Virus record (IMG/VR): IMGVR_UViG_3300045988_154997
Coordinates: 32,001-96,000 of that record
From: a virus
Lineage: Duplodnaviria > Heunggongvirae > Uroviricota > Caudoviricetes
Length of the DNA: 64,000 nucleotides
Reading direction: 5' to 3' (one strand)
Positions 56,214-64,000 of this stretch are shown one piece after another (position 1 is the stretch's first letter; every line of letters begins with the position of its first letter). The notes beneath the pieces were generated by a model, which ran no database searches, was not told the origin of the DNA, and was given only the letters and a program-made list of their open reading frames with translations. Position numbers and translations under genes: made by a program.

Positions 56214-57104
56214 TTATGCCGGTAAAGCAATTTCTAACGGTTTATCCAAAGGTTGTTTGTCGAATGCCAGCAGTGGCAGCGTGTCAGGCAGTCGACGGCC
56301 AAAGTCAGGGTTTCGGTACACACCATACAACGGAGACGTAAAGCTCAGGTTGTGAATGTCCTTGAGCAGCTTCACAATGCTGGCCTCGTCCACCAGACTG
56401 TCGGCAATGTCCTGAATCGTCGTGCCACGATTCCGCCCAGCTTTTGCCAGGGAACTGTTCTTGTGGTAGTCCGCCACCAGATCACGCAGTGCACGGCGAC
56501 GACGAGACTCGCTCATTGCGAACAACTCTTTGACGATCGCCTCGTTATCACCCGGGTCGGAACGGAAATGGCGCTGGAATACACGCAGTGCACTTTCATA
56601 GCTCTTCGGTCGCTCAGGGCGGATGAACTTAAACCCTGCTTTCATGGCGAAGGGATTGTATTTGCTCATCGAGGACTGGATCTCAATGATTGGCCGGTCA
56701 TGCATCCTGCTAACCAGGTTAATCATTCGATAAGAGACGCCTACGCCACGATACTGAGTATCCACAACTGAGCGACTGATCACCGCAAAGTTGTTATTCA
56801 CGTACCGACCCCAGTACTGGTTAGCCACGGTGGTATTAGTGGTTGGTTTCAACTTAGGAAACATGCGGTGGCGAGGTGCCAACAGTAGTTTCGGGTAAGC
56901 CATAACCACGACGCCCACCAGACGGTCATCAAGTTCGCAGCGATAGTAAGTTGGCGCGAAAGGTTTGCCGTCTGTTTTGTAGTGAAGCGACTTAAGAGCG
57001 TGCCAGTCCTCTACAGTTCCCTTTGTAACAGTCATTCGCTCCAGAAAGTCCAGATGACGCGGAAACTCTTCAGGGCGGTAGCGTTTAATGATGATGTCCG
57101 TCAT
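56214..57104 (-). CDS. GNAT-like acetyltransferase-domain protein with C-terminal extension
   Basis: Acetyl-CoA-binding-like VVDTQYRGVGVSYRMINLV and NPFAMKAGFKF; ATGA overlap with the upstream gene. Confidence 0.45.
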   Translation of the reverse strand: MTDIIIKRYRPEEFPRHLDFLERMTVTKGTVEDWHALKSLHYKTDGKPFAPTYYRCELDDRLVGVVVMAYPKLLLAPRHRMFPKLKPTTNTTVANQYWGRYVNNNFAVISRSVVDTQYRGVGVSYRMINLVSRMHDRPIIEIQSSMSKYNPFAMKAGFKFIRPERPKSYESALRVFQRHFRSDPGDNEAIVKELFAMSESRRRRALRDLVADYHKNSSLAKAGRNRGTTIQDIADSLVDEASIVKLLKDIHNLSFTSPLYGVYRNPDFGRRLPDTLPLLAFDKQPLDKPLEIALPA

Positions 57105-57766
57105 GAATGGACCTCATCATGACTACCATTGTGATATTCCACCTTCACGCGTTCTTTGTAGTGCTTGGTGATCTGCATATCCGGGCGCAGCGCGTTCTTC
57201 AGGTCTTCGTGAGTCGTCGCCACCATTACCGTCGCACCAACCTTTCGAGCGGCACGCTGGAGGTTAGACGCCACAACCTGAGCGGTTACACGGTCGAGAA
57301 CAGCGCCGAACTCGTCAGCAGCCCACACTTTAGCGCCTGACTCAATCAGTTTGGCAATCTTGAGACGATATTTCTGACCGTCTGACATTTCAGAAGGCTT
57401 GCGAACAAACAGATATGCATCGTTCAGACCAGCCATAGATAACAACCCAAGCGCATCGCTGGTCGTTTTGCCCAACTGATCGATGACGTTAACCTCATTA
57501 TCGAAGGTAAAATCATCGATGGAGGCTACAGACAGCCCTTCATCCTTCATCTGTCGTTGCAACTCGCGCAGCACAACGGATTTGCCGGAACCGGATTGGC
57601 CGGTGATGTACACCACATCGCCCTGCTTCACTTCCAGCTCCAGATTGTCGTAAAGCGTCCACTCTTTTTCGTCCAGGCCAAGCCCGAACGACTCAGCGAT
57701 TTCCAACGTGCGCGTGGTTTTATTTACGCGTGTCTGAAACGATACGTTGATGATGTATTTGCTCAT
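57101..57766 (-). CDS. stand-alone ABC-type ATPase domain protein
   Basis: Walker A GQSGSGKS, ABC signature LSDGQKYRL, Walker B VWAADEF, H-loop ATTHE; 221 aa. Confidence 0.7.
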   Translation of the reverse strand: MSKYIINVSFQTRVNKTTRTLEIAESFGLGLDEKEWTLYDNLELEVKQGDVVYITGQSGSGKSVVLRELQRQMKDEGLSVASIDDFTFDNEVNVIDQLGKTTSDALGLLSMAGLNDAYLFVRKPSEMSDGQKYRLKIAKLIESGAKVWAADEFGAVLDRVTAQVVASNLQRAARKVGATVMVATTHEDLKNALRPDMQITKHYKERVKVEYHNGSHDEVHS

Positions 57767-58464
57767 GCAGCCATCTCCCCGGAAGAGATCTTCTCCGCAT
57801 ATGCCACAAATGCGTCTACCCCGCTTTCTCCCGTCATTTCTTCCATGTGGGCAAGCAAATCACCAACAACAATGGCAGAGCCAGCAGGAAGCGTTTTAAA
57901 GCCCAATACGTCGACAACACGTACTTCTTCCGCTGCAACTTCACGACTGATCTCGGTGTGTTCATCCTTCTGTCGTTTAGTTTCTTCGCCAAGATCGATA
58001 ACTAGCGAGTCGGTGTCCATTTCTTCTGTCATGCTACCAACGAGAACATTCAACTCACGCTCTTCAAAGCCGAAAACCTCGATATCGTCCAGAACAAGCG
58101 ACTCAAGCTCTTTCTGTAGCTTAATTGCATCGTAATCAATGCTGGCAAGTCGGTTATCTTCAAGGCGCTTCGCACGAACCTCGTCATCACTGAGATCATC
58201 GCGAACAATAACCGGTACGCGCTCAAGTCCAGCAAAAATTGCAGCCTCACGGCGGCCGTGGCCAGTAATAATTACGTCGTTCTTATCGACCGTAATTGGC
58301 TGGTCAAATCCGCGCTTTTTAATGGCTGCGGCTAGATCTCGGATCTGCTGTTCATCATGCTTTTTGGCATTCATCTCATAGGGAATAAGATCTGCCGGGT
58401 CGCGATATACGATTTCAAACTTTTTGGTCATTACATACGCTCCTTGTAGTAGTCGACCAGCCAC
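57763..58464 (-). CDS. ParB N-terminal (ParB/Srx nuclease-like) domain protein
   Basis: ITVDKNDVIITGHGRREAAIFAGLERVPVIV; acidic C-terminal half. Confidence 0.65.
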   Translation of the reverse strand: MAGRLLQGAYVMTKKFEIVYRDPADLIPYEMNAKKHDEQQIRDLAAAIKKRGFDQPITVDKNDVIITGHGRREAAIFAGLERVPVIVRDDLSDDEVRAKRLEDNRLASIDYDAIKLQKELESLVLDDIEVFGFEERELNVLVGSMTEEMDTDSLVIDLGEETKRQKDEHTEISREVAAEEVRVVDVLGFKTLPAGSAIVVGDLLAHMEEMTGESGVDAFVAYAEKISSGEMAA

Positions 58465-59129
58465 ACCAGAGCCTCACCAGCGTTCTCCATTTCATTACCG
58501 GTGTTAATAGCCTGCTCTTTGATGATGTTTTTTATGGTTTCTGCAACACGATCTGACGCATCGAAAGTTACTTTGAAGCGCATGGTCTGATGTTCCGCAC
58601 CCACACGTTCGGTTTTCTCTCGTTTGTCGGTATCGACAGGCTCATCACTACCACGAGACAACGCCTCCAGTGCTTCAAGGTCGATTGCCGCCTCTTTTGC
58701 TAAAACCATCGAGATTTCGTCGTCATACGGGGCGATTTCAGACAGTTGATAGTCAAGTTCTGACTGAATTTCTTCAATGAAGCGTTGCAATGCGATTTGG
58801 TCGTCTTCACCGTATCGCTCGTTGTCCACCAGTGACATCTGTTTAGCTACGACATCGCTAATTTTGCCCACAGAAAGCACCGGAACCGTTGAAATTCCTT
58901 GCTCAATAGCAGCACGCCAGCGATGTTCGCCGCCGAGGATTTCAAAAAATCCATCTTCAAGTTCACGAGCCAAAATTGGCTTAAAAAAGCCCAATTTTTC
59001 GATAGAACCTTTCAGTTTTTCAAAATTCTGCGCACCAACCGAATTGGTGTTCCAGGTATTCGGGCGAAGGTTGGCAACATCAACCTGCAAAATCGTGATT
59101 TTTACATCCATTTTATTGCTACAATCCAC
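58431..59129 (-). CDS. ParB N-terminal (ParB/Srx nuclease-like) domain protein, second copy
   Basis: FFEILGGEHRWRAAIEQGISTVPVL; overlaps the downstream ParB-like gene by 34 nt. Confidence 0.65.
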   Translation of the reverse strand: MDCSNKMDVKITILQVDVANLRPNTWNTNSVGAQNFEKLKGSIEKLGFFKPILARELEDGFFEILGGEHRWRAAIEQGISTVPVLSVGKISDVVAKQMSLVDNERYGEDDQIALQRFIEEIQSELDYQLSEIAPYDDEISMVLAKEAAIDLEALEALSRGSDEPVDTDKREKTERVGAEHQTMRFKVTFDASDRVAETIKNIIKEQAINTGNEMENAGEALVWLVDYYKERM

Positions 59130-59154
59130 TAAGTAATCACTTACTTATTATAAT
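59127..59154. promoter_or_regulatory. recurrent motif ACTAAGTAATCACTTACTTATTATAAT in the divergent region between the ParB-like operon and the helicase
   Basis: Shares TAAGTAATCACTTAC with the element at 3408-3427. Confidence 0.45.
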
Positions 59155-59193
59155 AGCCAAATAACATACAAAAGGCACTAAGGAAAGAGGTTT

Positions 59194-60753
59194 ATGACTG
59201 TTCGGATTGTATCTAACGCAGTTAATGCGCTTATTTCTGGCGCAGATGACAAGGTAAAGCAAATGGTGCAACAGATGTTGAGCTACGAAGTCGAGACTGG
59301 CGACTGGAAGGGCACAAGCACGATGTTCAACTGGAGTAAAAACTCGTTCCCTGCTGGCTTTGCCAAGCCTGTAGCGGCGAACTTGAACAAGGCGGGCATC
59401 AAATGTGTTCATATCCGCAAAGACAAAGCCCCGGCGCTTGGTAAACCAAATCCTGCGGTTAACCCATTCCCATACAATCCTGATTATGCGTATCAGGATC
59501 AGACTGTGGAAACACTGGTTCGAGAGGGAATGATGATTGCGCAGATCGCTACTGGTGGCGGGAAATCTAACGTTGCCTGCAAAGCAGCTGCACGTATCGG
59601 TCGAATGACATTATTTTTAACAACCCGCTCTGTTCTGATGTTTCAAATGGCCGAAAACTTCCAGAGATCCATCGACTACCGCGCCGAAAATGGCGAACCG
59701 TGGTTAAAAGACCAAAAGGTTGGAGTCATTGGCTCGGGTGAGTTCCAGGTATCACGACATATCAACGTCGCTACAGTTCAAACTCTTGCAAGTTTCCTCG
59801 AAGAACCACCACGCGATGCAACACCAGATAAGAAAAGCTACCACCTCAAACGTCGGGAGTTGGTGAAACGCTTCCTTTCAAGTGTCTCTCTTCTTATTCT
59901 GGAAGAGGCGCATGAGTCTTCAGGCTCAAATTTCTATGACATCGCCAGATTATGTGTGAACGCAGACTATCGTCTGGCGCTTACAGCCACGCCGTTCATG
60001 AAGGATTCGACGGAAGCCAACATGCGCCTGATGGCGGTGGCCGGGCGAATTGAAATTAAAGTCACAGAAAAGTACCTGATTGATCGAGGCATTCTGGCAA
60101 AGCCGTACTTCCTTTATCATAAAGTTGCCTACAAGCCAGACGAGGCCAGAATCAAGGCCGAACTTGCCAACAAACACCTCAATTTTAGAGTTGGTATGAG
60201 CACCGCCTACCAAAAGGCTTATCAGTTGGGGATCGTGTATAATTTGGGACGTAACGAGGCCATTGTTCGCGAAGCATTGCTCTATAAGCAACATTCTCTC
60301 AATTGTATGACTCTGGTTCGTCTTAAACGCCACGGGCAAATCCTGATGGAAATGATGAAAGAGTCCGGCCTTAGAGTTGACTTCATCTATGGGGAATCTA
60401 ACCAGGCGACAAGGCAAGCAAAGCTGAACAGTTTAGCGTCTGGAGAAATAGATGTTTTAATAGGCTCGACTATTCTGGATGTCGGTGTTGATGTGCCAAG
60501 CGTTGGTGCGGTCATTCTTGCTGGTGGTGGGAAAGCAGAAGTTGAAATGAGGCAGCGTGTCGGTCGTGGCTTACGAGCCAAAAAAAATCAGGCAAACGTG
60601 TGTTTTATCACTGATTTCATTGACATTAGCAACAAATACCTGTTGTCTCACTCTTATGAGCGAAAACACATCATCGACACCACACCTGGCTTTGCAGAAG
60701 GTGTATTGCCTATTGATGGAGCATTCGATTTTGGAGTTCTGAAACGAGATTAG
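59194..60753 (+). CDS. superfamily 2 (DEAD/DEAH-type) helicase
   Basis: Motif I ATGGGKS, motif II ILEEAHE, motif III LTATP, motif VI QRVGRGLR. Confidence 0.8.
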   Translation: MTVRIVSNAVNALISGADDKVKQMVQQMLSYEVETGDWKGTSTMFNWSKNSFPAGFAKPVAANLNKAGIKCVHIRKDKAPALGKPNPAVNPFPYNPDYAYQDQTVETLVREGMMIAQIATGGGKSNVACKAAARIGRMTLFLTTRSVLMFQMAENFQRSIDYRAENGEPWLKDQKVGVIGSGEFQVSRHINVATVQTLASFLEEPPRDATPDKKSYHLKRRELVKRFLSSVSLLILEEAHESSGSNFYDIARLCVNADYRLALTATPFMKDSTEANMRLMAVAGRIEIKVTEKYLIDRGILAKPYFLYHKVAYKPDEARIKAELANKHLNFRVGMSTAYQKAYQLGIVYNLGRNEAIVREALLYKQHSLNCMTLVRLKRHGQILMEMMKESGLRVDFIYGESNQATRQAKLNSLASGEIDVLIGSTILDVGVDVPSVGAVILAGGGKAEVEMRQRVGRGLRAKKNQANVCFITDFIDISNKYLLSHSYERKHIIDTTPGFAEGVLPIDGAFDFGVLKRD

Positions 60754-60755
60754 TT

Positions 60756-61034
60756 ATGAGCGAAAAGAAAACAACTTATTGTCAGGTAGCATTGTCTGAT
60801 AAGGCCAATGACAAACTTGGAAAGTTTCAAGTGAAACTAAAAGAAAAAAATATCAAAATGTCTAAGGCTGAAGTCATAAATACCATTCTGGAACAATTGA
60901 CAATGGCCGACTTTGACAAGGTTATATCTTCTGTCGGGGCTTCCGCTAAGACTCGTGAGAAAATCATGCGTATCTATGAGAACTCTAATATGACAAAGGA
61001 AGATCTCGAAACGCTATTAAGCAGATTAAAATAA
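60756..61034 (+). CDS. hypothetical protein (92 aa)
   Basis: ORF only. Confidence 0.4.
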   Translation: MSEKKTTYCQVALSDKANDKLGKFQVKLKEKNIKMSKAEVINTILEQLTMADFDKVISSVGASAKTREKIMRIYENSNMTKEDLETLLSRLK

Positions 61035-61060
61035 TCACGCTATCAATTAGGGAGACAAAG

Positions 61061-61525
61061 ATGAAGTCTCCCATACTGTTCACTTTCTGTTCTAAAACTA
61101 TCATGAAATACTCGCTTCTCCCTCTACTAACGTTACCAGTGTTGATGCTTACCGCGTGCCAATCACGCCCAATATCAATCCATGACGCCAAACCAGCACC
61201 GCAGGCCAAAGTGTTCAAGTATCAAAGCGCAGCGCCAGCTACGTTGGTGGTAATGAGAGACACAGGTTTTGTAGGAGCTGGATGTGATGCTTCCATTTTC
61301 ATCAACGGCGAAACTGTCGCAAAACTGGCTACAGGCGAAAAAGCGACTTTCCATTTAAATGCCGGAGAATTAATTGTGGGTGCATCTCTTGAAGGTGCAG
61401 GTTTATGTGCTCTAAACCCCGCTCGTCAAGAGCGAGAAACGACTCTGAAGAATGGAGACACAAAAGCGTTCAGGGTGTTCACCAGCAATTCTGGTGACAT
61501 CGACATTCTGCCAACAACTCTGTGA
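61061..61525 (+). CDS. lipoprotein (154 aa; true start may be the internal MKYSLLPLL)
   Basis: Signal peptide with lipobox LTAC. Confidence 0.55.
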   Translation: MKSPILFTFCSKTIMKYSLLPLLTLPVLMLTACQSRPISIHDAKPAPQAKVFKYQSAAPATLVVMRDTGFVGAGCDASIFINGETVAKLATGEKATFHLNAGELIVGASLEGAGLCALNPARQERETTLKNGDTKAFRVFTSNSGDIDILPTTL

Positions 61526-61529
61526 TGAC

Positions 61530-62054
61530 ATGACAACCAAAGATATTACCTACGGTATCCAAGCTGAACTCTGGCCGCGAGATTACACTAACGTTGAAAA
61601 ACTACTGATGTTCTGGCGCAGAGAACAAATTCCTGTAAGGGTCACTCTCGAAGATGGCCAGGCGTTTTGCATGTACGTTTATGGCCTCATGCCATCTCGT
61701 AACAAAGTTGACCTTTGCCCAGCCCCTTTTGACAAAGAAAATCGTATAAGGCTCCCACTTGAACGCATTAGTACAATTGAATCAGGTGTGGTTGACAGTA
61801 TCGCTCACGATTTCAAAGGTCGACTAACAGTTCACCCTGATTATGTCGATAATCGGCCATCACGCCGCGATTTTTTTGCAATTTGCAACCAAGCCTACAA
61901 AGCAAACAAATCTATAAGGGTGTACATGGCGGATGGCCGTGAAATTGAGGGGGTGTCAGCAGGCGCAGATGCTTGTCAGGTTACACTACGTGTCGAGAAC
62001 GGTAGAAAAATAGTTGTTTTGTTCGATTGGGTTGAACGAATTTTGCCTTTTTGA
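61530..62054 (+). CDS. hypothetical protein (174 aa)
   Basis: ATG at 61530 just after the lipoprotein stop; the longer track ORF overlaps the upstream gene. Confidence 0.45.
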   Translation: MTTKDITYGIQAELWPRDYTNVEKLLMFWRREQIPVRVTLEDGQAFCMYVYGLMPSRNKVDLCPAPFDKENRIRLPLERISTIESGVVDSIAHDFKGRLTVHPDYVDNRPSRRDFFAICNQAYKANKSIRVYMADGREIEGVSAGADACQVTLRVENGRKIVVLFDWVERILPF

Positions 62055-62057
62055 GTT

Positions 62058-62366
62058 ATGAAATCGATATTGTTACCACCATTATTTTTACTTTGCTCAG
62101 TTGCGGCAAATGCAATGGACTATAAGCCTGTCATTCAGTCGCTGATGAATGACGTGTGCTCAACGTCTCAGAATGTATCAGTTTGCATGTATCAATTTTC
62201 GGCAGCCGTAAAAGCAGGAAAAGCGATAGGTGAGAATGTGGAACTGTGTAAGAAAGTGGCAAATGAAGAACGGGCAATGTTGGATTGCGAATCTAGCGAG
62301 TCATCGGCACAGTTCGTTGATGCGCTATTTGACACCAATCGTAAGGCTGTAGATTCTGTTCAATAA
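62058..62366 (+). CDS. small secreted protein (102 aa)
   Basis: Signal peptide MKSILLPPLFLLCSVAANA; four Cys in the mature part. Confidence 0.5.
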   Translation: MKSILLPPLFLLCSVAANAMDYKPVIQSLMNDVCSTSQNVSVCMYQFSAAVKAGKAIGENVELCKKVANEERAMLDCESSESSAQFVDALFDTNRKAVDSVQ

Positions 62367-62377
62367 ATCTATAAGGT

Positions 62378-62410
62378 TAATAACCGGCTAAGTCCGGTTA
62401 TTATTTTTCA
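62378..62410 (+). terminator. intrinsic terminator (AATAACCGG-ctaagt-CCGGTTATT plus T-run)
   Basis: Directly after the stop at 62364-62366. Confidence 0.6.
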
Positions 62411-62649
62411 CATCACTTCTTTATATCTACAAATCAAATAACCTAAATATATATAAGGTCTAAAGCCGCAATCGATTATTTATTTAGGGAACACCTTCGA
62501 CGATCTCGCTTTTATTTCTAGGACTTTCATCCCTGCAAAAAATTTAAAAAAAACACTTGCAATCTTTTTTCGCATATCGATAATTGAACTCGTCGAAAGC
62601 GAAGACGCTAACGACAATAAATTTTAAATTTACATAAGGAAAAATTATC

Positions 62650-63300
62650 ATGGCTAACATTATCATTTCTAAAAAATCCATCATTGAAGCTGCTTCCATT
62701 GTATCCGATGAACTGCGCGAAAAAGCAGATCTGGCAACTCAAACATATAACGAACATTATAAAAATGGTACGCACACTAAAGCAGACAAAGCAAATATGC
62801 AAGCTGCGACCACTAAACTTGCTTACTTCATCAACAACGTCGTAAACGCAGTAGAAGACGAAAAATTATGCTCTGTTTTCTACTATGCGATTAAAGCAAG
62901 CAAACAAGCGCCAGAAGTATTTTTCCGTGATGCAATGACTAATAGTTATTCTCTGGAAAAACTGGTTTATCTGGTTAAATCAATTAAATCTGGTAAATGC
63001 GTTTATTCCATCGCTGATATGTCTGGATCTCGTGTATTCGCTTTAATCGATATGATTAACGACGAGATCGACACGTTCACTAATGGCGCTGTTTTCGATT
63101 TAATGAATGAAGCTAAAAAAGCGTGTGAAATTAAATTGGACGCTGGTTATACTCAAGCCAACCAGTTGATCAATCTTTGCGAACGTCTTGGACTTGTTGA
63201 AAAAGTCAAAGGAGCTGGGAGCGCGAAAGCTGGTACTCAGCAATATCGCTTCATTAAAAATGATTTCTACAATTATTTAGCTGATGCTTTCAAAGCGTAA
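62650..63300 (+). CDS. hypothetical protein (216 aa), AT-rich gene with distinct codon usage
   Basis: Candidate sigma70-like promoter TTGCAA-N16-GATAAT near 62556-62584. Confidence 0.5.
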   Translation: MANIIISKKSIIEAASIVSDELREKADLATQTYNEHYKNGTHTKADKANMQAATTKLAYFINNVVNAVEDEKLCSVFYYAIKASKQAPEVFFRDAMTNSYSLEKLVYLVKSIKSGKCVYSIADMSGSRVFALIDMINDEIDTFTNGAVFDLMNEAKKACEIKLDAGYTQANQLINLCERLGLVEKVKGAGSAKAGTQQYRFIKNDFYNYLADAFKA

Positions 63301-63348
63301 TTAATGGAATCAAGCGCCCACTATGGGCGCTTTAAAGGAGCTTTGAAA

Positions 63349-63552
63349 ATGGTCAGCTATGACAAGATCCGCGCGGAATATCGCGCAAAGTATCGCGCTT
63401 ATAAACTAGAATTAATCGATGATTTAATCGCGCAACGCGACCAATTAAATTTTACGTTTTCTGATTTGCTTAACAGCAAGCGAGATTGCAAGCGCAAACG
63501 TGAATACTTACGTTTAAGCGCATTAATCGGAAAACTTCAAAATTCTATTTAA
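63349..63552 (+). CDS. small hypothetical protein (about 67 aa from the internal ATG)
   Basis: ATG preceded by AAAGGAG RBS; the track's longer ORF would start inside the conserved hairpin. Confidence 0.4.
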   Translation: MVSYDKIRAEYRAKYRAYKLELIDDLIAQRDQLNFTFSDLLNSKRDCKRKREYLRLSALIGKLQNSI

Positions 63553-63572
63553 TTTTTTTAAGGAGCTTAATC

Positions 63573-63803
63573 ATGTTTGTTCTTATCGCTGGCGTTAACG
63601 TCCATAACGAATATTATGTTAATCGCATCGCTGGGATCGCTGGTTACGCTGGGCGCGCAGTCGAGCTTATAGATGAAACGACGCGCAAAATTGACTTATT
63701 GAGCGACCAGGAGCGAAAAAAAGCAGACGTGAACGACGCTGATATATTTTTAATGTTAAAAGCGTTTGTAGAAATGGGATTTAAAATCAGTTTACACAAA
63801 TAA
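63573..63803 (+). CDS. small hypothetical protein (76 aa)
   Basis: AAGGAG RBS (63561-63566) upstream of the ATG. Confidence 0.45.
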   Translation: MFVLIAGVNVHNEYYVNRIAGIAGYAGRAVELIDETTRKIDLLSDQERKKADVNDADIFLMLKAFVEMGFKISLHK

Positions 63804-63807
63804 AATC

Positions 63808-63834
63808 GAGCGCCCACTATGGGCGCTTTTTTCG
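63808..63834 (+). terminator. intrinsic terminator (GCGCCCACTATGGGCGC plus TTTTTT)
   Basis: Same hairpin, without the T-run, recurs at 63313-63331. Confidence 0.7.
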
Positions 63835-64000
63835 TTTCCAATACTCCCACCATAACGCGCCATCATTAGCACGTTTTTTATTGTCTTTAACTCACTCCAA
63901 CAACATAAAAATAAGCGCCAAAATAACGCTATGGACGCGTTTTTATATCCTTACCAGTACATACCCATTACTTAACACATTAACGCGCTTAAAACACGTT

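Overview
The window is a gene-dense segment of a tailed-phage genome with a lambda-like siphovirus tail module, coded almost entirely on the minus strand. Gene content suggests a phage-plasmid (SSU5/pHCM2/pMT1-like), but that lineage assignment is inference from gene content only. All protein calls rest on motifs read by eye from the six-frame translations; no database search was run. Layout, left to right: (1) replication genes: partial DnaE, a CobS-like AAA+ ATPase with a CobT-like VWA partner, DNA ligase, DnaG-like primase, DnaB-like helicase; (2) a tyrosine recombinase with an adjacent lox-like 13-7-13 palindrome, followed by an AT-rich plus-strand cargo islet (unknown 329-aa protein, a DUF2971/Abi-like protein, a PD-(D/E)xK nuclease-like protein, glutaredoxin on the opposite strand) and four tRNA genes (Ser-TGA, Thr-TGT, Tyr-GTA, Asn-GTT); (3) a secreted Sel1-repeat protein and a lipoprotein; (4) a second AT-rich pair (unknown 398-aa protein plus DUF2971-like protein) beside a ParA/small-partner partition cassette; (5) a lysis cassette with overlapped spanins; (6) a complete lambda-like morphogenesis block from tail fiber and J through tape measure, G/T chaperones, major tail, capsid, scaffold, portal to TerL/TerS; (7) a tightly coupled wHTH-GNAT-ABC ATPase-ParB-ParB operon next to a plus-strand SF2 helicase; (8) an AT-rich right end with small plus-strand genes. 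The strongest candidates for an undescribed system are the AT-rich cargo islet at 7.8-11.6 kb, the DUF2971-like pair at 21.9-23.8 kb and the ParB-ParB-ABC-GNAT operon at 56.2-59.1 kb. A recurrent palindromic motif (core GGTAAG-Nn-CTTACC, often extended to CTTACCTATCATT) sits in many intergenic leaders and is likely a phage-specific operator or promoter element.
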